Below, piece after piece: positions 38,093 through 45,567 of a stretch of DNA of 64,000 nucleotides (the stretch's first letter is position 1; each line of letters begins with the position of its first letter). This DNA comes from an uncultured Pirellulales bacterium (lineage in GTDB: Bacteria; Planctomycetota; Phycisphaerae; Sedimentisphaerales; CAYZTY01): assembly GCA_964444665.1 (NCBI GenBank), contig CAYUIE010000010.1, forward strand, positions 13,554-77,553, written 5' to 3'. The notes under the pieces were generated by a model. It was not told the DNA's origin and made no database searches. It saw only the letters and a program-made list of their open reading frames with translations. A program made the translations under genes and the position numbers.

Positions 38093-39823
38093 ATGGGACA
38101 CAACGATATAAAGCAGTTAAAAATCCTGATAGTTGAAGATGACCTGATAGACAGAAAACAGTTAGAAAGGTTACTGTCAAAATCAGAACTTTCCACTTCA
38201 GAAGTAAACCATACAGAATACCTTCAGAACGCTTTAGACCTTCTTGACAAAGAAGATTTCGACATTGTGCTGCTGGACCTGAATCTTCCAGATAGTAACG
38301 GCTTAGACACTTTAATTAAGATAAGTGAAAAACACCCTCGCGTGGCAAATATTGTTGTAACAGGTTTGGATGATGAAAGCTTTGGCCTAAAATCGGTTGC
38401 CAAGGGCGCTCAAGACTATCTTGTCAAAGGCGAGTTTAACATGGAGATGTTAAACAAGTCTATTTATTATGCTATCGAGCGTAAGAAAGCAGAGCTTGCT
38501 ATGCGAGAGAGGGAGGCACAATACAGGCTGTTGTTTGAGTCCGCCAATGAAGCTATATTTATAGTCAAAGGTGAGCAATTACTCGACTGTAATCCACCAA
38601 CTTTAAGCATATTCGGTTGCGCCAAGGAGCAGATTGTAGGACAGCCGCTTTTACAGTTTTCCCCCGAACTTCAGCCGGATGGACAGGATTCTATAGAAAA
38701 AGTACAGGAGAAAATCAATCTGGCTTTGGAAGGAAGCCCTCAGTTTTTCGAGTGGCGATTCAATCGCTGTGATAAGATACCTTTTGATGCAGAGGTTTCT
38801 TTGAACTTGCTGGATTTATCTGGAGAAACGTTATTACAGGCGATGGTTCGTGACATTACGGAGCGTAAGCGCGCAGCTGAAGCATTGAGATTGGCTTACG
38901 AAAAACTTGAAGGAGCTAATCGTGAGATGAAGGAAATGCAGTCTCAGATGGTGCAAAGTGAAAAATTGGCGTCCATTGGCCAGCTCGCAGCCGGTGTCGC
39001 TCACGAAATGAACACTCCTGTAGGTTTTACAGCAAGTAATTTCGAGACGTTACAAAGCTATATGAAAAAAATCCGTGATTTGCTCAAAATGTATGATGAG
39101 CTGGCAAGTCAAATCGAATCTTCAGAAAAAGAAATACTGTTGAATAAAGTAGGTGCTATAGGTGAGTACCGAAAGGACAAGAAGATAGACTTTGTCCTCG
39201 AAGATATCCAGGGATTATTTGACGATTCGAAAGAGGGCCTTGAGAGGGTAACCGGTATTATCCAGAACCTTAGAGACTTCTCGAGAATAGACCAGATAGA
39301 ATCATTCGATGAACACAATATCAATGAAGGCATCGAGGCCACACTTGTTGTGGCAATGAATGAAATCAAGTATTATGCGGATGTCAAGACCGATTTTGCC
39401 GAAGTACCTGCTATCTACTGCAATTCGGGCCAGATAAACCAGGTGTTTCTCAATATCCTTGTGAACGCGGCTCAGGCGATAAAATCCAAACAAAGAAACG
39501 AAAACGAAAAAGGAACCATCACCATCAGAACATACTCCAATACTGAAGAGGTTATATGCGAAATTGAAGATGACGGCCCTGGTATTGAAACTGATAAACT
39601 GACAAAAGTATTTGATCCTTTCTTCACAACCAAGCCGGCCGGAAAGGGAACAGGCCTGGGGCTTAGCGTCTCTTATGACATTATCGTAACAAAACATAAG
39701 GGGAAACTTTTTGTCGAAAGTACCCTTGGAAAAGGAACGAAATTTACAATCAGGCTGCCGGTCGGCAGCAAGAAAGCGAGTGATAAAAAGGAAGAAGTAG
39801 TAGCGGAAATGACGAGCAATTGA
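38093..39823 (+). CDS. Hybrid sensor: N-terminal receiver + PAS + HisKA/HATPase histidine kinase
   Basis: Receiver (ILIVEDD...VLLDLNLPDSNG...KGAQDYLVKG), PAS (YRLLFESANEAIFIV...), H-box (LAAGVAHEMNTP), and N/G boxes (NILVNAAQA, DDGPGI, GTGLGLS). Confidence 0.9.
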   Translation: MGHNDIKQLKILIVEDDLIDRKQLERLLSKSELSTSEVNHTEYLQNALDLLDKEDFDIVLLDLNLPDSNGLDTLIKISEKHPRVANIVVTGLDDESFGLKSVAKGAQDYLVKGEFNMEMLNKSIYYAIERKKAELAMREREAQYRLLFESANEAIFIVKGEQLLDCNPPTLSIFGCAKEQIVGQPLLQFSPELQPDGQDSIEKVQEKINLALEGSPQFFEWRFNRCDKIPFDAEVSLNLLDLSGETLLQAMVRDITERKRAAEALRLAYEKLEGANREMKEMQSQMVQSEKLASIGQLAAGVAHEMNTPVGFTASNFETLQSYMKKIRDLLKMYDELASQIESSEKEILLNKVGAIGEYRKDKKIDFVLEDIQGLFDDSKEGLERVTGIIQNLRDFSRIDQIESFDEHNINEGIEATLVVAMNEIKYYADVKTDFAEVPAIYCNSGQINQVFLNILVNAAQAIKSKQRNENEKGTITIRTYSNTEEVICEIEDDGPGIETDKLTKVFDPFFTTKPAGKGTGLGLSVSYDIIVTKHKGKLFVESTLGKGTKFTIRLPVGSKKASDKKEEVVAEMTSN

Positions 39824-39873
39824 GAGAAGAATATCGAGAAGGTTAAAAATTAGTAATACGGGGTATTTAGAAA

Positions 39874-40284
39874 ATGGAAAAAAGAACAATATTATTCGTT
39901 GACGATGAAGAAAAAATACTTAAATCGCTCGAAAGAGGGCTTTTGGACGAGCCATATAACTGTTTTTTTGCCAAAAGTGGTAAAAAAGCACTCGAGATTC
40001 TCGAACAGAACGAAGTACATGTAATTGTGACAGATATGCGTATGCCGGAGATGTCCGGTCTGGAGTTTCTCAGGATCGTCAAGGAGAAGTATCCTCATAT
40101 CGTCAGGCTTGTTCTGTCCGGTTATACACAGGTAACCACTCTTCTTACAGCTATCAATCAGGGAGAGATATTCAAGTTCATCACAAAGCCATGGAAGCTT
40201 GAGGAAGAATTTAAGACTGTTCTACAAGAGGCGGTAGAATATTATAATCAGCGTAACGAACACGAAAGCCTGGTCAAAAAATAG
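39874..40284 (+). CDS. Single-domain response regulator (CheY-like receiver)
   Basis: ILFVDDE...VIVTDMRMPEMSG...FKFITKPW is the receiver type usually found in front of HD-GYP/RpfG outputs. Here it has no output domain. Confidence 0.9.
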   Translation: MEKRTILFVDDEEKILKSLERGLLDEPYNCFFAKSGKKALEILEQNEVHVIVTDMRMPEMSGLEFLRIVKEKYPHIVRLVLSGYTQVTTLLTAINQGEIFKFITKPWKLEEEFKTVLQEAVEYYNQRNEHESLVKK

Positions 40285-40484
40285 CCTCGAGAAAAAGCCG
40301 AGGCGAGGAGCGAACAGCTGGCGGCGGGGGCTAAGAAAAAAAGCGGCGGTCCCTCGTTTTGGGGAATTTTATGGCCTTAAGCATAAATCACAGAAAACGC
40401 ACATCATAAAACCATACCATTTTTCTGAAACTATGCCATAATAACCGAATCACCTGTTCTTAATAAAATCCGGATTACATTTAC

Positions 40485-40716
40485 TTATTGAGCTGCGCCT
40501 GCTTCCAAGAGCAGCTTCTCAATCTCGACTTGTCCTTTCTTTCTTGCAATTCCTAAAGCTGTAATTCCAATTGATTTGGAAGAAAAAACATATTCGGATT
40601 TTTTGCTTACAGCGTTTAGATCCCTTTGATAGTTCCGGATGCTCGACCCACCCCTTTATCTCCCTAACAACCTCCGGGTGTAAATTTTTTTCAAACATTT
40701 TAAGCCCCGATGCCAC
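40485..40716 (-). pseudogene. Ankyrin-repeat gene remnant with apparent frameshift
   Basis: One frame gives MFEKNLHPEVVREIKGW.... A second frame continues as ...DLNAVSKKSEYVFSSKSIGITALGIARKKGQVEIEKLLLEAGAAQ* (ANK consensus G.TAL..A...G..E....LL.AGA). The switch lies near the G/C run at about 40647-40654. Confidence 0.3.
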
Positions 40717-40728
40717 TTTTTTTTAATT

Positions 40729-41061
40729 CTACCTGATTCTTAGTTCATATTTCTTAAGGTTCTCATCTACAAAATTACTGCCCCACCCAATGAGCGTGTC
40801 TCTTTCAAAAACAAAAGGTGTCATCTCATCCAAAGTCGTGTACCCGTCACTTTGCCATTCTGTTATGTAAAACTAAGTCTCCTGTGACTGATAAATTTCT
40901 CTTTTGTACGGTTTGCCCATAATCTTTCTGACTTCATCTTTGCTCATCCCCACCTCTAAGCTGTTCATCTTGTCTCTGTTTATACTTGCCTCTATACCTT
41001 TCATAGCACCGCATCCGCTTATAAACAACAGGCCCAACAGAATAAGAGTAGCGGTTTTCAT
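40729..41061 (-). pseudogene. DUF3192-like lipoprotein interrupted by an in-frame TAG
   Basis: The gene starts MKTATLILLGLLFISGCG...LEVGMSKDEVRKIMGKPYKREIYQSQET. A TAG follows at 40873-40875. The same frame then continues FYITEWQSDGYTTLDEMTPFVFERDTLIGWGSNF..., the conserved DUF3192 C-terminal core. Confidence 0.5.
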
Positions 41062-41096
41062 AAGTTCCCCTTTATAAACCAATATCTTTTCGAGCT

Positions 41097-41429
41097 TCAA
41101 CTCTTCAGCAGCGCCACCAAAGCACATGCTGCCGAAATAGCTGCTGCCAGTCCGGCCAGATATGCTGCCCAAGTTATCCTTTTTGCCCGTTGGTCAGCCC
41201 GCTCATTCTTAATCCATTCTTGAATATTCTTAAACATCTCAGGATAACTAAGCCGCCTACAGAGCGCATCTGCCGAATCTATCGGTAGCTTTAGGCGATT
41301 CAGCAGGTTAAAAAACTTTTGCTGCTTATCAGCTTCGCTATCCGTTTTTGCTGACATAATCTTATTCAACTCCTCTTCTACCTCTTTAACTGTTAGATTG
41401 GCTTCTTTGCATTTCTGATTAGGATCCAT
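41097..41429 (-). CDS. Hypothetical tail-anchored protein (110 aa)
   Basis: Helical, charged N-terminal part and a single C-terminal TM segment (ITWAAYLAGLAAAISAACALVALL). No recognisable domain. Confidence 0.4.
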   Translation of the reverse strand: MDPNQKCKEANLTVKEVEEELNKIMSAKTDSEADKQQKFFNLLNRLKLPIDSADALCRRLSYPEMFKNIQEWIKNERADQRAKRITWAAYLAGLAAAISAACALVALLKS

Positions 41430-41683
41430 CTCTCATCCTTTTCAAAGCCACGAAAACGCAAAAATCTATTTTCTCCTATCACCGATAATGGGTACCAAAC
41501 CCTACTTTAGCTGTTTTTTTCAGTTCTTAGGCGTCTTGGATTAGTTCTTCTCGGTTTACCCTACTATAAGTCTTTCTCGCTTATATCCGCTATTTTCATC
41601 AGGTGTTTTAACAGGCCGATTTTTAAAATCATTATATCTTTTAACCAGCCAAAAAGTAAGAGTCCAAGCCCTGCAATTCCGCG

Positions 41684-41720
41684 CTTAATCAGGACAAAGG
41701 TGGGGCAAGCCCCACCCTAC
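41684..41720 (-). terminator. GTAGGGTGGGG-loop-CCCCACC hairpin downstream of the GT4 gene (repeat copy B)
   Basis: The minus strand reads GTAGG GTGGGG CTTG CCCCAC CTTTGTCCTGATTAA, starting 28 nt after the GT4 stop. It shares the TTAAT.AGG.CAAAG...GTGGG..CCCACCCTAC layout with 10513-10555. Confidence 0.35.
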
Positions 41721-41747
41721 CAGTGCTTAGTCATCCCCCACATGCCT

Positions 41748-42791
41748 TCAAGGTCTGCGCTTTTGGGCCTCACGTCGAAAGATTTCCTCGTACACCTTTT
41801 CGTAACCTGAGACCATCTTGTCGATTGTAAAGTTTTCTTCGACACGTTGCCGGCATTTCCTGCGGTCAATTTTATCGATTTTGCCGACGGCTTCGGCCGC
41901 TTCATCCACATTGTTGACCAGATAGCCGGTTTCATTGTCTGCGATAACTTCCCGGCAGGAGCCTAAGTCCATAGCAATCACAGGTACACCCGCGGCCATA
42001 GATTCGGCAAGCACAAGCCCGAACCGTTCGGGAATGGTATTGAGATGAAGAACCGTATAGGTCTCTTTGAAAAGTGCGTCGCGCTGAACGGGATTGACCG
42101 AGCCGATAAACTGAATAGAGGAATCGTTGATGTGCGGCTTAATCAGATTATCAAAGTAATCCTGGTCCTGGATTATTCCTGCTATGATTAGGTCTTTGCC
42201 GCACTTCTTCGCAGTCTCTATCGCCAGATGTGTCCCTTTGTCGTCATGTATCCGCCCTAAAAAGACCAGCTTATCGCCCGGCTCGGGCCTGAAGGTAAGG
42301 TTGGACAAATCAATGCCGTTATATACTGTCGCAAGGTAAGGCAGGTTCTTATCCCGGTCAGAGTCGCTTATCGAGACGTAGTAATTGTTCTTATATTTGT
42401 GATAGACGGGAAGAATATAGGGTGATGAAAAGCCGTGAATTGTCGTCAGCATCGGTGTGTTTATTAATCGCGAGTACGTTAGGGGAAGATAGTCGAAGTT
42501 GTTGTGAATCAGGTCGAACTGGTCGGCCTGCTCCATAACCTCCGAGATATGCAAGCAGCCAACCACCCAGGGAATCTGACGTCTGTCCTCTTCGTAACCT
42601 TTCTCGATAATGGCGCGAAGCTTTGCCTGTGTTATCGAATCTTTAGTCGCGAAGAGTGTAACATCCCATCCGCGAGCCACTAGGCCCTCGGTAATGTTGC
42701 TGGCCACCGTCTCCCACGCGCCGTATTCTCTCGGCGGAGTCCGCCACGCCACCGGAGAAAGAACTGCTATTCGCTTATCCTTTAGTACCAT
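41748..42791 (-). CDS. Glycosyltransferase family 4 (cytoplasmic)
   Basis: The N-terminus RIAVLSPVAWRTPPREYGAWETVASNITEGLVARGWDVTLFAT and the C-terminal FGLVLAESMAAGVPVIA...GSCREVI..ETGYLV are GT4/GT-B signatures. Confidence 0.8.
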   Translation of the reverse strand: MVLKDKRIAVLSPVAWRTPPREYGAWETVASNITEGLVARGWDVTLFATKDSITQAKLRAIIEKGYEEDRRQIPWVVGCLHISEVMEQADQFDLIHNNFDYLPLTYSRLINTPMLTTIHGFSSPYILPVYHKYKNNYYVSISDSDRDKNLPYLATVYNGIDLSNLTFRPEPGDKLVFLGRIHDDKGTHLAIETAKKCGKDLIIAGIIQDQDYFDNLIKPHINDSSIQFIGSVNPVQRDALFKETYTVLHLNTIPERFGLVLAESMAAGVPVIAMDLGSCREVIADNETGYLVNNVDEAAEAVGKIDKIDRRKCRQRVEENFTIDKMVSGYEKVYEEIFRREAQKRRP

Positions 42792-43030
42792 TTTTCATTA
42801 CCTTCCTTATTAAAAAAGTTATAAACCTGATGTCCGATTCGTTAAACGTGTGGGTATTATAATTGAGACGAGATGTGATTCAAGGTAAATCAGTGGTTTA
42901 ATGAATTTGTGGGAATTATAATCCTGCTGAAAGCTTTAATTGGGTCGTAAAAAAAAATGTTGAAACCTTTATCGTCGCCTATTACACTTTGTCGTTGTAT
43001 TGATTTGTTTTCAGTGCAGGAGGTGGCCTT

Positions 43031-44083
43031 ATGCATGTCGAACGATTTGTCGAGAATCCCTTAATCGTGCCGGCCGATGTGCCTGCAAGTCGGCCGGACT
43101 ACGAAGTTGTAGGCTCTTTTAATGCTGGGGCCATAACCTATAAAGGAGAGACGCTTTTACTTTTGCGGGTGGCCGAACGGCCGAAAGATAAGGCTGATGA
43201 TGAGGAGTTAGCACCTGTCCTGAATCCCGCAACAGATAAAATCGATGAGCTGAGGATAAAGCACGGCGAGCCGGAACTTGATATTATAGACTCGCGAATA
43301 TTCTCTTACAAAGGCAGGACGTATCTAACCAGCATATCACACCTGCGGCTGGCCCGCAGCAGAGACGGCCGTAACTTCACTATTGAGCCGACTCCCGCAG
43401 TATTTCCTCGTGAAGAATACGAAACCTTTGGTCTGGAGGACCCGCGTATTACGCAAATCGGCGAGGAATTTTTTGTCACTTATAAGGTAGTAAGCCCGGA
43501 CGGTATTTGTACGGCACTATTGAAAACCCCGGACTTTAAAAATTACGAACGATTAGGCATCATCTTCTGCCCTGAGAATATCGATGTAGTTTTGTTCCCC
43601 GAAAAAATAGACGGCCGGTTCTATGCCCTTACCCGGCCGGTGCCCAGGCACATCGGTCTGCCTTCGATATGGCTTGCTTCCTCGCCGGACCTGATTCACT
43701 GGGGCTGCCATAGGCCACTTATTCTGCCCAGGGCGGGGCAGTTTGATGGAGGTAAGGTTGGCGCAAGCTGTGTGCCGATTAAGACTGAAGAAGGTTGGCT
43801 CGAGATTTACCACGGCACTGACGAACAGGGCAAATACAGCCTTGCCGCCGCCCTATTGGATAACAAGGATCCTTCAAAGCTTCTTGCCCGTTCTTTGGAG
43901 CCCCTGATGGAGCCAAAGGCCGACTACGAGCTGGCCGGCTTTTACGGCAACGTTGTCTTTTCCTGCGGGGCTGTTCTCGATTCGGCCGGCACTGTAACAA
44001 TTTACTATGGCGCAGCCGATTCCGTTACGGCCGCTGCAACTATCAAACTCCAGACTATTTTGGAACATCTGGATGAATGCTGA
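43031..44083 (+). CDS. Glycoside hydrolase family 130 protein (beta-mannoside phosphorylase/hydrolase-like, cytoplasmic)
   Basis: NPLIVPADVP...FNAGAI.YKGE.LLLLRV...GLEDPRIT.IGEEFFVTY...LFPEKIDGRFYALTRP...GWLEIYHG...TIYYGAADS is typical GH130 five-blade propeller sequence. There is no signal peptide. Confidence 0.8.
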   Translation: MHVERFVENPLIVPADVPASRPDYEVVGSFNAGAITYKGETLLLLRVAERPKDKADDEELAPVLNPATDKIDELRIKHGEPELDIIDSRIFSYKGRTYLTSISHLRLARSRDGRNFTIEPTPAVFPREEYETFGLEDPRITQIGEEFFVTYKVVSPDGICTALLKTPDFKNYERLGIIFCPENIDVVLFPEKIDGRFYALTRPVPRHIGLPSIWLASSPDLIHWGCHRPLILPRAGQFDGGKVGASCVPIKTEEGWLEIYHGTDEQGKYSLAAALLDNKDPSKLLARSLEPLMEPKADYELAGFYGNVVFSCGAVLDSAGTVTIYYGAADSVTAAATIKLQTILEHLDEC

Positions 44084-44200
44084 CGATTCCTTGGGTCGTT
44101 GCTTCGTTCTGCCAACCTTGGGCCAAACTGACAAAAAATCCTGATTTTCCTGTACCATTTCACTGGACAGCCTGGTAACAGTGGACTAAAATTCCCCGTT

Positions 44201-44878
44201 ATGGCGAGGAAAATACTGGTTGTTGATGATGAACCGGACCAGCTTGCCCTGCTGGAGATGAACCTTGGGCAGGAAGGTTTTCTCGTCTGCACTGCTGCCA
44301 ATGCCGCCGAAGCACGCACTGCAGTTCGTGAAGAAAGGCCTGATTTAATCCTGCTGGACGTCATTCTTCCCGATACCTCCGGCGTCAATCTTGCCGCCGA
44401 GCTTAAACACAGCCCCGATACTACCGGCATCCCCATAATTATGCTAACCGCCAAAGATACCGAGACCGATATGGTGGTAGGCCTGAGTGTCGGCGCCGAC
44501 GACTATGTTACCAAGCCTTTTAGCACTGCGGTATTACTCGCCCGCATAGAGGCCGTTTTACGACGTGCCAATGAGCCTCCTGAGGTTTCGAAGGACGCTC
44601 TCGTTGCCGGACCGATTAAAGTTATCACCGCTAATCGGCAGGTTTTTGTCGATGATAAGCCGGTTGAGCTTACGGGGGCGGAGTTTACAATACTTGCCGC
44701 TTTATTACAGGCCAGCGGGGCGGTACTCTCCCGCGAGCAGATTATGGAGCAACTGGACAGTGCGGGAGCCGGCAAGCGCATTATCCCGGTGCACATATCG
44801 TGCCTTAGAAAAAAGCTTGGTCCCGCAAGAAAGCTTGTCAAAACCGTCCACGGCGCCGGATACAGAATCGAAACTTAA
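44201..44878 (+). CDS. OmpR/PhoB-family response regulator (receiver + winged helix), orphan
   Basis: ILVVDDEPD...LILLDVILPDTSG...MLTAKD and a C-terminal Trans_reg_C pattern (VELTGAEFTILAALL...VHISCLRKKL...VHGAGYRI). Confidence 0.9.
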   Translation: MARKILVVDDEPDQLALLEMNLGQEGFLVCTAANAAEARTAVREERPDLILLDVILPDTSGVNLAAELKHSPDTTGIPIIMLTAKDTETDMVVGLSVGADDYVTKPFSTAVLLARIEAVLRRANEPPEVSKDALVAGPIKVITANRQVFVDDKPVELTGAEFTILAALLQASGAVLSREQIMEQLDSAGAGKRIIPVHISCLRKKLGPARKLVKTVHGAGYRIET

Positions 44879-44964
44879 GTCTCGTCACTTGTAGTGTCAT
44901 ATGGGAAGTTGCTCGTGCTTGCCGGCAGGAATCTAAAACTCAAGTACGAGAATTTTGCTGGTAG

Positions 44965-45411
44965 TTATTTTTTAGGTTTTGGCGGTTTTTCGAACTCGGC
45001 CAATGCCTCAGTTTTCAGCTTCTGGGCCGCCTGGAGTAAATCATCTCTGACCGGTTCCTCGTAAGGCTTCAGTTCAAAGGTCCATTCATACGAATCGAGA
45101 GTCCTTGTAGGCCAGCAGAACGAAGCGATAAAATCAAACGGAAACATATCATACCACGGCGCCTCCAGTTCGCGGTGTGTACTTAGCGTCTCGAAGCCCT
45201 GCCTGCTTATTCGCACGCTGTAATCCCCGTACCAGTTAAATGATACGGTCACCGGAGATGTGCCTATCTCTTCATCGTTGAGGATTACCAGCGCCCCGGC
45301 AGGCTGTGTATTTATCGTCAGTTCCCGCTGCAGGCCCCCACAGCCGGAGAGAAAAACAATCGTCAAAGCCGAGATTGCCGTGATTAAAGTAGCGCCTGCC
45401 GATTTATGCAT
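44965..45411 (-). CDS. PEGA-domain lipoprotein
   Basis: Lipobox FLSGCG. PEGA-type strand pattern LTINTQPAGALVILNDEEIGTSPVTVSF...YSVRISRQGFE. Confidence 0.65.
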   Translation of the reverse strand: MHKSAGATLITAISALTIVFLSGCGGLQRELTINTQPAGALVILNDEEIGTSPVTVSFNWYGDYSVRISRQGFETLSTHRELEAPWYDMFPFDFIASFCWPTRTLDSYEWTFELKPYEEPVRDDLLQAAQKLKTEALAEFEKPPKPKK

Positions 45412-45567
45412 AATCAGCCCTCACAACATCATTCGCGGATAAACTCTAACATTATCAGCCCGGCCAATCAACAGTATAATATGGAAATTCAAAATCATTG
45501 ACATCGCAGCACCCAGCCGGTAAGTTATCCCGATGGAATCGGGACCGGCTTTTTAAGGCATTGCAGA

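Noticed and set aside
40873-41172. 99-aa ORF as listed (start at 41172)
   Set aside because: Its first 37 codons overlap the 3' end of the 41097-41429 gene in another frame. The lipoprotein signal peptide begins at the Met at 41061, so I used that start.
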